In this document: one piece after another, positions 1-11,358 of the stretch | Position numbering within the stretch: the first letter of the stretch is position 1 | Layout: each line of letters starts with the position of its first letter | Origin: an uncultured delta proteobacterium | GTDB taxonomy: Bacteria; Desulfobacterota; Binatia; Binatales; Binataceae | Direction of reading: 5' to 3' | Assembly: GCA_963794325.1 (NCBI GenBank) | Contig: CAWCDG010000004.1 | Location: 448,001 to 512,000 of the forward strand | DNA: 64,000 nt | Made by a program: the position numbers and the translations under genes | The notes under the pieces: generated by a model | Database searches by the model: none | Told to the model about the DNA's origin: nothing | What the model saw: the letters and a program-made list of their open reading frames with translations, nothing else

Positions 1-707
1 CCAATCATCAATCCCGCGAGTTTTTCCTCGCTGGTCTCCGCCGGAGTCGTGCGCGCGACGATGCGCCCGCGGCGCAGCACGGTGATTCGATCGGCGACCG
101 CCATCGCCTCGGCCAGCTTGTGCGTGATCAGCACGACGATTCGGCCTTCACCGCGTAGGTTGCGCAGCAAGTCGAGGAACGCGCTCAACTCCGACGGCGC
201 GAGCACGCTGGTCGGCTCGTCGAGAATCAGCACGCGGGGATTGAAGCTGAGCGCGCGCAACACTTCGAGCCGGACGCGCTCGGCCACCGAACGATTCTCA
301 ACGGTGGTGCCCGCGGGCGGCAGCTCGAAGCCGAGTTTCGCAGCGAGCGTGCGCGCACGTGCAGCGACCGCCGCGAGATCTAACTGTCTGCCACCGTCGT
401 CGAAGCCGCCGAGCGCGAGGTTCTCCTCCCACGTCATCCGCTCGAACAGCATCGGGCTCTGATGCACCGCCGCAATTCCCGCCGCCAGCGCAGCGCGCGG
501 GGAGCCTGCCTGCAGCGGCACGTCGTCGAGACTCGCCTCGCCACGGTCGGGCGCGATCGAACCGGCAAGCACATTCATCAGCGTGGTCTTGCCGGCGCCG
601 TTCTCGCCGACCAGCGCGTGAATCTCGCTGGGACGCGCCTCGAAATCGACGCCGTCGAGCGCGAGCGTACGGCCGAAGCGCTTGCTTATGGCGATTGCGC
701 GAAGCAA
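1..707 (-). CDS. Sugar/nucleoside-type ABC transporter ATP-binding protein (3' end beyond window)
   Basis: Not in the ORF track. Manual translation from TTG at 707 gives MLRAIAISKRFG..., Walker A GENGAGKTT, Walker B VLILDEPT and ITHKL H-loop. The frame is open to position 1. Confidence 0.9.
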   Translation of the reverse strand, partial: MLRAIAISKRFGRTLALDGVDFEARPSEIHALVGENGAGKTTLMNVLAGSIAPDRGEASLDDVPLQAGSPRAALAAGIAAVHQSPMLFERMTWEENLALGGFDDGGRQLDLAAVAARARTLAAKLGFELPPAGTTVENRSVAERVRLEVLRALSFNPRVLILDEPTSVLAPSELSAFLDLLRNLRGEGRIVVLITHKLAEAMAVADRITVLRRGRIVARTTPAETSEEKLAGLMI

Positions 708-2024
708 CTAGGCGGCGTAATGCGCGCGCACGTATTCGAGCGCGGCTTCGCGGGTTTCGAGCACGCCGTCGAGTTGATGGTCCTCGACGTCCTTCAGAAT
801 TTCCTTGAAGCGCGGCCCCGGCGTGAATCCCAACTGCTTGAGATCCTCGCCGCCAATCAGACGCGGCGGACGAATCTCGGCCGCGGTCATCGTGGTCATC
901 GCGCGGCGGCAAAAATGCCAGTAGCCGAGGTACGAGCTCGACGCCATCGCGTCCATGAACGCCACGTCCATCAGTTCGCCGAAGCCATCTTCCGCGAGCA
1001 TCCGCTTGAGCGTCGCCGGACGCATCCGCGGCGCCATGCAGAGCTTCAGATGATTCTTCACCAGGTACGCGACGCGCTCCTGTACCGCGCGCGATCGTTT
1101 CAGCCGCGCCAGCATGTTCGCCGCGATCACGGCGCCGTCGTCGGTATGCCCGTAAAACGTGACCTTGTCGCCGGCCATCGCGCGGCATTGCGGCTTGGCA
1201 ATATCGTGCAGCAGGATTCCGAACGCGACCGTCTCGGTGCATCCCGCGGGCAGCATCGCAACCCCAATCCGCGTGTGGGTGTACACGTCGCCCTCGGGAT
1301 GGAAATTCTCCGGCTGTTCGCATCCGCGCATGCGGACTACCTCCGGCAGAATGATTTGCATCAGGCCGCTGTCCATCATCAGATCCATCGCGCGCGCCGC
1401 CGCACCCTCGGTCATCATCATGACGATTTCTTCGCCGATTCGCTCGGCCGCAATATCGACAATCGTCGGCGCGGCGCGCTTCATCGCGGCCCAGGTCGCG
1501 GGATCGATCGTGAAGTTCAGCCGTGCGGCAAAGCGGGCAGCGCGCAGGATGCGCAGATGGTCCTCCTCGAAGCGGTCGTAGGGATTTCCGATCGCGCGGA
1601 CAATTCCGGCGCGCAGATCGCGTATCCCGCCAACCAGATCGATCAGCCGGTCGGCGATCGGATCGTAGAACATCCCGTTGATCGTGAAGTCGCGGCGAAT
1701 TGCATCTTCCTCGATCGCGCCGAACCGCACCGAAGAGGGCCGGCGTCCGTCGGTGTATTCCGCGTCGGCGCGAAAGGTCGCGACCTCGATCGGCTTGTCG
1801 TGATCCCTCACGACGCCGATTACGCCGAACTTCGCGCCGACCGCGACGGTGCGCTCGAACATTTTCTGCACGACTTCGGGACGCGCGTCAGTTGCGATGT
1901 CGTAGTCCTTGGGCTCGATTCCAAGCACGCGATCGCGCACACATCCGCCGGCGAAAACGGCGCGAAAGCCGGATTCGACAAGACGGCGAACGATATACAG
2001 CGCCTCTTTCTCTCTGTCGTTCAT
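708..2024 (-). CDS. CCA tRNA nucleotidyltransferase / poly(A) polymerase family with HD domain
   Basis: GGCVRD, DYDIAT and RRDFTIN class II nucleotidyltransferase motifs; HPEGDV..H...LLHD HD domain. Confidence 0.92.
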   Translation of the reverse strand: MNDREKEALYIVRRLVESGFRAVFAGGCVRDRVLGIEPKDYDIATDARPEVVQKMFERTVAVGAKFGVIGVVRDHDKPIEVATFRADAEYTDGRRPSSVRFGAIEEDAIRRDFTINGMFYDPIADRLIDLVGGIRDLRAGIVRAIGNPYDRFEEDHLRILRAARFAARLNFTIDPATWAAMKRAAPTIVDIAAERIGEEIVMMMTEGAAARAMDLMMDSGLMQIILPEVVRMRGCEQPENFHPEGDVYTHTRIGVAMLPAGCTETVAFGILLHDIAKPQCRAMAGDKVTFYGHTDDGAVIAANMLARLKRSRAVQERVAYLVKNHLKLCMAPRMRPATLKRMLAEDGFGELMDVAFMDAMASSSYLGYWHFCRRAMTTMTAAEIRPPRLIGGEDLKQLGFTPGPRFKEILKDVEDHQLDGVLETREAALEYVRAHYAA

Positions 2025-2035
2025 GCGCGACTAAT

Positions 2036-2137
2036 TCTATGTGAAACCCGCGGTGGGTTTCACGCTTCCTTCGGCAGGGGTGACCCCTGCACCCAGTAGT
2101 AAGAAAGATGCGGGACTTCGTCCCTGTTAAAAAGGTT
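2036..2137. repeat. Three-hairpin dispersed repeat, copy A (inverted relative to copy B at 25753-25856)
   Basis: The reverse complement aligns along its length with 25753-25856. Hairpins are GGGAC/GTCCC, GCAGGGG/CCCCTGC and GTGAAACCC/GGGTTTCAC. Confidence 0.9.
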
Positions 2138-2157
2138 TTGAGGCGGGTGAGTCCAGG

Positions 2158-3231
2158 TTACGCGGCTTCTTTTCTGCTGCCTGAGTATTCCTTTCTATAA
2201 ACGCGCAGGAGTGCCGCGAATATCGACATGATTGCGGGGCCGAGGAAGAGGCCGAGCGGGCCGTATGCTTCCAGCCCGCCGAGGATTCCGAGGAACAGCG
2301 CAATCGTCGGCAGGCCGGTGCCGTGCTTCATCGCGAGAGGCTTGATGAAATTGTCGATGACCGCGAGTGCGACTGCGCACCATATCAGCAGGCCGATCGC
2401 CGCCGACCAGCTCACCGCGAAGCCCAGGTAGATCATCGCGGGAATCCACACGATCGCGGTGCCGCCTATCGGCATCAGGCCCGCGGCCGCCGATGCGATC
2501 GCGAGGAACAGCCAGTACGGCACCCCGAAGATCAGCATCCCGATGCCGATCGACACGCCTTGCAGCACCGCGGTCAGCATCAGGCCGCGCATCACCGACG
2601 ACAGCGTCGTGCGCAGTGTTTCGAAGATCGCATTCTTGTCGTCGTCGTGCAGCGGGGTCAGATCGCGCAAACTCTTATAGTAGAAGTCGCCGTCGCGCAG
2701 CAGGTAGAAGAACGCGAGCAGCGCGATACCGAAATCCACAATGAACCCGAAAATGTTCTTCGCGGCCTGGGTCGCATTCTTGGCGACGTAGTTGCTGGTG
2801 ACCTGCGCCGCTTGCAGCGTGAGCTTGGGCAGCTCCTCGTCGAGCTTGTAGCCGCGCTCCGCCATCTTCTTCGCGACCCACGCGCCGAGCTCGGTATGGA
2901 CCGCCCAGTCGTGCAGCTTCGACACTCCGCCGTTGTTCACCAGGTCGGTGGCCTGCGCGTAGAGCGATTGCGCCTCGACCACCAGGCGGCCCGACGCCCA
3001 GACCGCGGGCAGGATGACGAGGATTCCTACGATCACGCTGATGATCGCCGTCGACAGCGATCGCCGCTTGACGTATTTCTCGACCTCGATCAACGCCGGA
3101 TGCGCCATGAATGCGAGCAGGATTCCCCACGCCAGCGGTGTCAGGAACGGCAGCAGCAGCTCGTACAGCTCATAGGCCATCACGGCCAGAAAGCCGAAGA
3201 AGAAGAGCTGCACTATGCGCTCGCGATCCAT
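2158..3231 (-). CDS. AI-2E family (PerM/YdiK) transporter
   Basis: Multi-TM protein with FFYLLRDG, IDNFIKP and G..G..GLFLGP motifs. Confidence 0.9.
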   Translation of the reverse strand: MDRERIVQLFFFGFLAVMAYELYELLLPFLTPLAWGILLAFMAHPALIEVEKYVKRRSLSTAIISVIVGILVILPAVWASGRLVVEAQSLYAQATDLVNNGGVSKLHDWAVHTELGAWVAKKMAERGYKLDEELPKLTLQAAQVTSNYVAKNATQAAKNIFGFIVDFGIALLAFFYLLRDGDFYYKSLRDLTPLHDDDKNAIFETLRTTLSSVMRGLMLTAVLQGVSIGIGMLIFGVPYWLFLAIASAAAGLMPIGGTAIVWIPAMIYLGFAVSWSAAIGLLIWCAVALAVIDNFIKPLAMKHGTGLPTIALFLGILGGLEAYGPLGLFLGPAIMSIFAALLRVYRKEYSGSRKEAA

Positions 3232-3378
3232 TTTCTGAGGCGTAAGCGATCCTCCGTGCGCGCGAGGTAGTTGGCGCGAGACTTTAGCAGATAGTGCCGC
3301 TACGGTCGCCTCCCGCGGTACTAATCGCAGCGCGCAATGGAAGCCGGGGCGGCAAATCGGCTATGGTTGATCGAAGAT

Positions 3379-3555
3379 ATGGTTGGGCAGTACAGGCGAA
3401 CTCTCCGAAACGGTAGTGGTCAGACGATGACCGAGTACGCGCTCATACTCGCCGCCGTGGCGGTGGTCGCCTACGGGCTGAGCCCGACCTCGGGCTACAA
3501 TTTCCTCGATGATGCGATTTCTGGTTTGATTGGAAGAGTGATTGCGTTGCTCTAA
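3379..3555 (+). CDS. Flp/Tad type IVb pilin (alternative start 3337)
   Basis: G|QTMTEY prepilin motif followed by hydrophobic helix ALILAAVAVVAY; small size. Confidence 0.8.
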   Translation: MVGQYRRTLRNGSGQTMTEYALILAAVAVVAYGLSPTSGYNFLDDAISGLIGRVIALL

Positions 3556-3655
3556 CGGACCCGCTGCCCGCGTGAAACTTCGGTTGCCCGCCAGCGCATA
3601 ATCGGTTACCTTCAGCGTTTGCTTGATGTGTTTAATCAATACCCCTCGCCCGTGA

Positions 3656-3730
3656 AGGCACGTAGCTCAGTGGGAGAGCGCTTCCTTGACACGGAAGAGG
3701 TCGGCGGTTCAATCCCGCCCGTGCCTACCA
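3656..3730 (+). tRNA. tRNA-Val (GAC)
   Basis: Cloverleaf with AGGCACG/CGTGCCT acceptor stem, anticodon loop TTGACAC, T-loop TTCAATC and encoded CCA. Confidence 0.97.
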
Positions 3731-3799
3731 GGTCCGTGCCCACAACCGCGTGCGCGCTTCGCCTCGCTCTTTCCCTGCAATGATTAAATTCTTCGCTTG

Positions 3800-5743
3800 A
3801 TGAGCTCCCAAGTAACCGTAACCGTTGGCGGCGAGTCTCGCGTCGTGCCGGTCGGCACTATCGTTCGCGACGTGCTGAAAAACGGCATCCCGAGCAAGGA
3901 CCTGGTTGCGGCACGCGTCAATGACAAGATCGTCGATCTGACGCGCAAGCTCGATCACGACGCAACCGTCGAGCCGATCCTCGCCGAATCGCCGGAGGGT
4001 CTCGACGTTATCCGCCATTCCACCGCTCATCTTATGGCGATGGCGGTGCAGTCGCTCTATCCCGGCACGCAGGTGACGATCGGTCCTGTGATCGAGGACG
4101 GCTTCTTCTACGATTTCGCGCCGCCTGCGCCGTTCACGGTCGAGGACTTGCCGAAGATCGAAGCGAAGATGCGCGAGCTGGCGAAGGCCGATCACAAGAT
4201 CACTCGCACCGAAGTCGCGCGCGAGGACGCGATCCGCAAATTCTCTGAGATGGGTGAGAAGTACAAGGTCGAGATAATCCAGGGCATCCCCGACGATCAG
4301 GTTTCGATCTACGCGGAAGGCGACTGGATGGATCTCTGCCGCGGACCGCACGTGCCCTCGACGCGCTACCTGAAGGCATTCAAATTGACCAGCGTCGCCG
4401 GCGCGTACTGGCGCGGCGATGAGCACAACGCGATGCTGTCGCGAATCTACGGCACCGCGTTCGCCACCAAGGAAGCGCTCGAGGAGCATCTCAAGCTCGT
4501 CGAGCTCGCCCGTCAACGCGACCATCGCAAGCTCGGGCGCGAGATGGGCCTGTACATTTTCGATCCGATCTCGCCGGGATCGCCGTTCTACCTGCCCAAG
4601 GGCGTCGTCATCTTCAATGCGCTCATCGACTACATGCGGCGGCTCTACCGGCGCTACGGCTATGACGAAGTCGTCACTCCGCTGATTTTCAAGAACGAAA
4701 TGTTCAACACGTCGGGGCATTGGGAAAATTTTCGCGAGAATATGTTTCTCTCGCCCGATCCTGAGAGTGAGACACATACCGTCGACACCAGCCCTGAAGG
4801 ATGGCGCCACGGGTACGGCGTGAAGCCGATGAACTGCCCCGGCCATACCTTTGTGTATCGCGCCGAGAAGCGCTCGTATCGCGACTTGCCGCTGCGCTTT
4901 GCGGAATTCAGCCGGCTGCATCGTGCGGAACGCTCGGGCACGCTGCACGGCCTGATGCGGGTGCGCGCGATGTCGCAGGACGACGCGCACATCTTCTGCC
5001 GCGAAGATCAGATCGTGGATGAAGTGAAAATGAATCTCGAGATGGTGCGGGGCGTTTACGGTGCGCTCGGATTCGAGGGCGTCGAGTTCAAGCTCGCGAC
5101 CATGCCCGATCAGCATCTAGGCACCGAAGAGCAGTGGCAGATGTCCGAGGGCAAGCTCGCCAACGCGATGAAGTGGAGCGAAATCCCGTTCGAGATCAAT
5201 CCGAAGGAAGGCGCGTTCTACGGCCCCAAGATCGAGATTTACGTCTCCGATGCGCTCAAACGTAAATGGCAGGTCGCGACGATTCAGCTCGACTACAATA
5301 TGCCCGAGCGCTTTGACCTCACGTACACCAACAGCGCCGGCGCCGAGGAACGCCCCGTGATGATCCATCGCGCGATCCTCGGCTCGCTCGAGCGCTTCAT
5401 CGGCGTGCTGATCGAGCATACCGGCGGCGTGCTGCCCTTGTGGCTCGCCCCCGAGCAGGTGCGCGTGCTGTCGCTCAGCGAAAAGGTCGAGGACTACGCC
5501 AAGGAAGTCGCAGACCTCCTCAAGCGCGAGGGATTCCGCGCCCACGCCGACATCCGCAACGAAAAGCTCGGCTTCAAAGTTCGCGAGGCGGAACTGGCCA
5601 AGGTGCCGTATATGGTAGTGGTCGGCGAGCGCGAGGCCGCGGACCGCTCGGTGTCGCTGCGGCTGCTGCGCGGCGAAAAAAGCAATGCGATGCCGCTGAC
5701 GGCGTTGCTGGAAAAATTAAAACAGGAGCCGATACCGGCTTAG
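3800..5743 (+). CDS. thrS: Threonine--tRNA ligase
   Basis: TGS domain, HSTAH, DLCRGPH, RDHRKLG, KPMNCPGH, FYGPK. Confidence 0.98.
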   Translation: MSSQVTVTVGGESRVVPVGTIVRDVLKNGIPSKDLVAARVNDKIVDLTRKLDHDATVEPILAESPEGLDVIRHSTAHLMAMAVQSLYPGTQVTIGPVIEDGFFYDFAPPAPFTVEDLPKIEAKMRELAKADHKITRTEVAREDAIRKFSEMGEKYKVEIIQGIPDDQVSIYAEGDWMDLCRGPHVPSTRYLKAFKLTSVAGAYWRGDEHNAMLSRIYGTAFATKEALEEHLKLVELARQRDHRKLGREMGLYIFDPISPGSPFYLPKGVVIFNALIDYMRRLYRRYGYDEVVTPLIFKNEMFNTSGHWENFRENMFLSPDPESETHTVDTSPEGWRHGYGVKPMNCPGHTFVYRAEKRSYRDLPLRFAEFSRLHRAERSGTLHGLMRVRAMSQDDAHIFCREDQIVDEVKMNLEMVRGVYGALGFEGVEFKLATMPDQHLGTEEQWQMSEGKLANAMKWSEIPFEINPKEGAFYGPKIEIYVSDALKRKWQVATIQLDYNMPERFDLTYTNSAGAEERPVMIHRAILGSLERFIGVLIEHTGGVLPLWLAPEQVRVLSLSEKVEDYAKEVADLLKREGFRAHADIRNEKLGFKVREAELAKVPYMVVVGEREAADRSVSLRLLRGEKSNAMPLTALLEKLKQEPIPA

Positions 5744-5780
5744 GAAATTAATCCGGCTATCAAGCCGGAGGAGGTGCTTT

Positions 5781-6314
5781 ATTCGTAGAGATTTCAGAAC
5801 CCCACCATCAAGGGAGCCCGCGATTCGAGTCAATAACCTGATTCGCGCGCAGGAAGTCCGTGTGATCGACGCCGACGGCAGCCAGGTCGGAATCCTGCCG
5901 CTGCGCGAGGCGATCAAAGTTGCGGAGAGCCGCGGCCTGGACCTGGTCGAAGTCTCCGCGACGGCCACTCCGCCGGTGTGCCGCGTCACCGACTTCGACA
6001 AGTATCGCTACGCGCAGAAGAAAAAGTCGCACGATTCCAAGAAGCACACCATCAGCATGATCAAGGAAGTGAAGATGGGCTCGGCGACCGGACAGCACGA
6101 CGTCGACTTCAAAACTGCGCACATCAAGCGCTTTGTTGGAGAGGGTCACCGTGTTAAGCTCACCGTTTCGTTCCGGGGCCGCGCGATCACTCATCCGGAA
6201 CTCGGACGGGCTTTGATCGAGCGAATTATTGCGACGGTAACGGATATCGCGCAGGCGGAAGGCACGCCACGGATGGAAGGACGCAACATGTCCGTGCTGC
6301 TGACGCCGCGTTAA
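5781..6314 (+). CDS. infC: Translation initiation factor IF-3 (ATT start)
   Basis: In-frame ATT at 5781 after SD GGAGGAGG extends the ORF with RVNNLIRAQEVRVI; GLDLVEV and KEVK motifs; synteny. Confidence 0.95.
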   Translation: MRRDFRTPPSREPAIRVNNLIRAQEVRVIDADGSQVGILPLREAIKVAESRGLDLVEVSATATPPVCRVTDFDKYRYAQKKKSHDSKKHTISMIKEVKMGSATGQHDVDFKTAHIKRFVGEGHRVKLTVSFRGRAITHPELGRALIERIIATVTDIAQAEGTPRMEGRNMSVLLTPR

Positions 6315-6338
6315 TAGGAAAAAATTTCAGGAAAGAAG

Positions 6339-6536
6339 ATGCCGAAAATCAGGACCAGCCGAACTGCCGCCAAGCGCTTTTCCGTGACCAAGAGCGGCAA
6401 GGTCAAATTCAAGCACGCGTATGCGCGCCACATGTTCACGGCCAAAAATCCGAAACAGAAGGCGCGGCTCCGGCGTACCGGGATCCTCGGAAAGGCCGAC
6501 GCCGAAAAAATCAAGATAATGATGCCGTACGCGTAA
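6339..6536 (+). CDS. rpmI: 50S ribosomal protein L35
   Basis: MPKIRT..AAKRF..T.SGK; synteny. Confidence 0.97.
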   Translation: MPKIRTSRTAAKRFSVTKSGKVKFKHAYARHMFTAKNPKQKARLRRTGILGKADAEKIKIMMPYA

Positions 6537-6587
6537 GCACGGCCCGACTAACTCAGACGATATCTATTAAGGAAGGTCTCCACTCCG

Positions 6588-6953
6588 ATGCCTCGCGCCA
6601 AAGGCGGACCCAAGACGCGCCGCCGTCATAAGCGTCAAATGAAACTCGCCTCCGGCTTTGTCGGCGGGCGTAAACTTTATCGGCAGGCCCGCTCGACCCT
6701 CGAGAAAGGCCTCACCTACGCCTATCGCGATCGCAAGGCCAAGAAGCGCGACTACCGCACACTCTGGATCGCGCGTATCAACGCGCTCGCCCGCGAAAGC
6801 GGGATTTCGTACAGCGCGCTGATGAACGGACTCAAGAAGGCCGGCGTCGAGGTCGATCGCAAGATGCTCGCGAAGCTCGCGCAGGAGCGCGACGCATTGT
6901 TTACCGAGCTGGTGCGCACCGCGATTAGCGCGCTCGGCTCAAAAGCAGCATAG
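6588..6953 (+). CDS. rplT: 50S ribosomal protein L20
   Basis: YAYRDRK.KKR..R.LWI.RIN, DRKMLA. Confidence 0.98.
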   Translation: MPRAKGGPKTRRRHKRQMKLASGFVGGRKLYRQARSTLEKGLTYAYRDRKAKKRDYRTLWIARINALARESGISYSALMNGLKKAGVEVDRKMLAKLAQERDALFTELVRTAISALGSKAA

Positions 6954-6987
6954 AGCCGCGCGTTCGAAAAGCGCCGCGCACCAGAAG

Positions 6988-7026
6988 ACCATGTGGGTGA
7001 TCGCCCACGTGGTTTTTTGCTTTTTT
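6988..7026 (+). terminator. Intrinsic terminator after rplT
   Basis: ACCATGTGGG-loop-CCCACGTGGT stem followed by T tracts. Confidence 0.7.
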
Positions 7027-7060
7027 CAGTATCCATGCAACATTGCGAGATAAAGGAGTG

Positions 7061-7554
7061 ATGAAGCGGGCCCCCTATCAGATCCTGGTACTGCCATTCA
7101 GAAGACTGAAAGGCGGCGATCCGTTGTACGCTATTTTCCGACGAGCCGATTGCCGCACGTGGCAAGGAATCGCTGGAGGAGGCGAGTCCAACGAGTCGCC
7201 TCTAGAATCAGCCCGACGCGAAGCTCTCGAAGAAGGTGGAATACCGGCGAACAGTGCCTACTTCGCGCTCGACTCGTCGTCGACGATTCCAGTCGTGAAC
7301 ATTTGCGGCTTCAAATGGGGACCCAACGTACTAGTCGTCCCCGAGCACAGCTTTGGCGTGGAAATGACTTCTCCGGAATTCACTCTTTCGACTGAGCACA
7401 GCGAGTATCGATGGGTGCCGTATGCCGCCGCCTATCGTTTGTTGGAGTGGAACAGCAACAGGAACGCGCTTTGGGAGCTCGACACCAGAATAAGGACGCG
7501 GAAACTGGGAGCGCAACGATGTCCAGGAGCGAAGGGCCATAGGGCTCGCACACG

Positions 7555-7558
<4 letters not shown>
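7061..7558 (+). CDS. NUDIX hydrolase (NudB/dATP pyrophosphohydrolase-like)
   Basis: Nudix box WQGIAGGGE..ES...ARREA.EEGG, EHSF and LS.EHSEY.W; SD AAGGAG. Confidence 0.88.
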
Positions 7559-8597
<1,039 letters not shown>

Positions 8598-8601
<4 letters not shown>

Positions 8602-11018
8602 AGCTGCCTCTTAGCTGGATGCGCGACTTCGTCAGCGTCGATGCGCCGGTCGAGGAAATTTCGCGGCGCTTAAGTTTCGCGGGACTCGTGGTCGAGAATG
8701 TCGAGAAGCTCACGCCGGGATTCGCTGGCGTATTCGCGGCGCGCGTCGTCAACGTCGAGAAGCATCCCAACGCGGACCGGCTGAATCTCGTCGATGTGGA
8801 CGCCGGCGAAAAAGGAAAATTCAAAGTCGTGTGCGGCGCGCCCAACGTCAGGGCCGGCATGGTCGCGCCGCTTGCTCTGGTCGGCGCGCAGCTTGGCAAG
8901 GAGCCGCCGCTGGAAGCAGCCGTGATTCGCGGCGTGCAGTCGGAGGGCATGCTGTGCTCGGAGCGCGAGCTTGGCCTCTCGCAGGATCACGCGGGAATTC
9001 TCGCCCTCGGCGCCGACGCCCCGCTTGGTGGCGAAGTGGCTGCGTACTTGCACCTCGACGAAACGGTGCTCGACGTTGAAATCACGCCGAACCGCGGAGA
9101 CTGCCTGTCGATTCTCGGCCTCGCGCGCGAAGTTGCGGCATTGTTCGGCGCACGATTGCGTGCGCCGCGGCTGCGCGCAGCCCATTCCGCCGCTTCGGCC
9201 GACAGCGCGCAGGTTTCGATTTCGGTTTCCATCGACGCGCCCGATCTATGCCCTCGCTATGCCGCGCTCGCGATGACTGGAATCAAGATCGGTCCGTCAC
9301 CGGCATGGCTCAAGCGCCGGCTCGAACTATGCGGGATGCGCGCGCTGAACAACGTCGTCGACGCGACCAACTACGTGATGCTCGAACTCGGTCAGCCCTT
9401 GCACGCATTCGACTACGGCAAAATCGCCGGCGGCAAAATTGTCGTCCGCCGCGCCGGCGAGACGCGCGAGTTCGTCACGCTCGACAACGTCACCCGCACG
9501 CTCGACCCCAACGACCTGCTGATCGCCGACGGCGACAAGCCGCTCGCAATCGCCGGCGTGATGGGCGGTCTCAATTCCGAGGTCAGCGATTCGACGACGA
9601 CCATTCTGCTCGAGAGCGCATACTTCGAGCCGATGACCATCGCGCGAACCGCACGGCGCCTGGGTTTGCGGAGCGAGGCGAGCTACCGCTTCGAACGCGG
9701 CATCGACCGCGCGGGACAGGTCGGCGCACTGATTCGCGCCGCCGAATTGATCCGCAAAATCGCGCGCGGGCGCGAGGCGTCGCCAATATCCGACTTCGAG
9801 CCGCGCAAGGCCGAGCCGCGCGAGATTGCACTCGATCTCGCCGCGATGGAATCGCTGCTCGGCGCTTCGATACCCGCGACCGTCGCGCGGACCCGTCTCA
9901 AATCGCTCGGCGCGCAGGTCAGCACGCGGGGCAAAGGCGTGCTCGCAGTAGTGCCACCGTCGTTCCGCTCCGACCTGGTCGAGCAAGCCGACCTGATCGA
10001 AGAAGTCGCGCGCCTGGGCGGCCTCGAAGACATTCCCGCGCTGCTACCCGAACGCATAAGTGCGCGCGCTCCCGTCAATCGCGAACGCGAATTCATCAAG
10101 GGCACCCGCGAAGTGATGCTCGGATGCGGCCTGACCGAAGCCGCGACCATCGCATTCATCGCGCCCGCCGACAACGCGCGTTTTCCGGGAATCCAACCCT
10201 CGACTCGACCCGTCAAGGTGACGAACCCACTGTCCGCCGAACTGAGCGAGCTGCGCGTCAGCCTGATGCCGGGACTGGTCACTTCGCTCAGATTCAATTT
10301 GAACCGCGAGGCGCGCGCCTTCCACGCATTTGAACTGGGCAAGATTTTCCGCATGGATGGCGACATCGCGACCGAGCACCATCATCTCGCCGTCGTCAGT
10401 TACGGACCCTACGCGCTCTCGGCGATCGGCGATCAGAGCGTCGCGGCAGGATTCTTTACGATGAAGGGAATCCTCGAGACTTACTTCGACGCAATCGGCA
10501 TTTCGCCGCGCATCGCGTTCAAGGCGATCGAGCCCGTCGATGCCCCATTCCTGCATCCCGGGCGCAGCGCTATCGTCAAGCTCGACGATACGGCGATTGG
10601 CCTGATCGGTGAATTGCATCCGGCTGAAGCGATGCGCCTTGATCTGAACGAACCGTGCGCGGTCTGCGAACTTGACTTGAGTAGTCTCATTGCCTATGGT
10701 TTCTCGCCGCGCAAAACTTTTCAGCCGCCACCAAAATTTCCCGCTATCAGGCGCGATTTGGCGTTGGTGCTGGATCGGAATTTCCCGGCGGATATGGTAG
10801 TCAAGACCATCCGGGAGGCTGGCGCGTCGCTGCTGGAAAGCGTCGAGGTGTTCGACGTGTACGAGGGGACTGCAGTGGCCGCCGGTAAGAAGAGCGTGGC
10901 GTTGGCTTGTCGTTACCGTGCAAAGGATCGCACGCTGACTGATGAGGAGGTGAACCGCATTCACGCAGTGCTGGTCGAGCAGGCGCGGATGCGATTGGGC
11001 GCGGAGTTGCGGCAGTAA
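8598..11018 (+). CDS. pheT: Phenylalanine--tRNA ligase beta subunit
   Basis: ATGA overlap with pheS; MKLPLSW, HPNADRL, VCGAPN, TPNRGD, RDLA (FDX-ACB). Confidence 0.97.
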
Positions 11019-11064
11019 CAGCGTGCCTAACGCGAACGGGTGGGGATTCGTTACGCCGCAGGGC

Positions 11065-11358
11065 ATGACCAAAGCTGATCTTGTAGATTTGATCTACGAG
11101 CGGGTAGGCTCCTCGAAGAAGGAAGCCTGTGACGTGGTCGAAGCAGTATTTTCGATCATCAGGGATTCGTTGCGTCAGGGTCAGAAAGTGAAAATCTCCG
11201 GCTTCGGCACTTTCCTCGTCAATCAGAAACATGCGCGCCGCGGGCGCAATCCGCAGACCGGCGAGCCAATTACCATCGACTCGCGCCGCGTGCTGTCCTT
11301 CAAGCCGAGCCAGGTGTTGAAGGAACGGGTTAACAACGGCTCCAAGCCGGGGATATGA
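11065..11358 (+). CDS. ihfA: Integration host factor alpha subunit
   Basis: MTKADL, VKISGFGTF, GRNPQTG; follows pheT. Confidence 0.93.
   Translation: MTKADLVDLIYERVGSSKKEACDVVEAVFSIIRDSLRQGQKVKISGFGTFLVNQKHARRGRNPQTGEPITIDSRRVLSFKPSQVLKERVNNGSKPGI

Noticed and set aside
462-2099. Long antisense ORFs (also 3725-5116, 31633-33567, 39785-41302 and others)
   Set aside because: These are shadow frames of well-conserved genes in GC-rich DNA and carry no recognisable motifs.
3656-3800. Genomic island integrated at tRNA-Val
   Set aside because: thrS follows immediately; no integrase or duplicated tRNA 3' end was seen.
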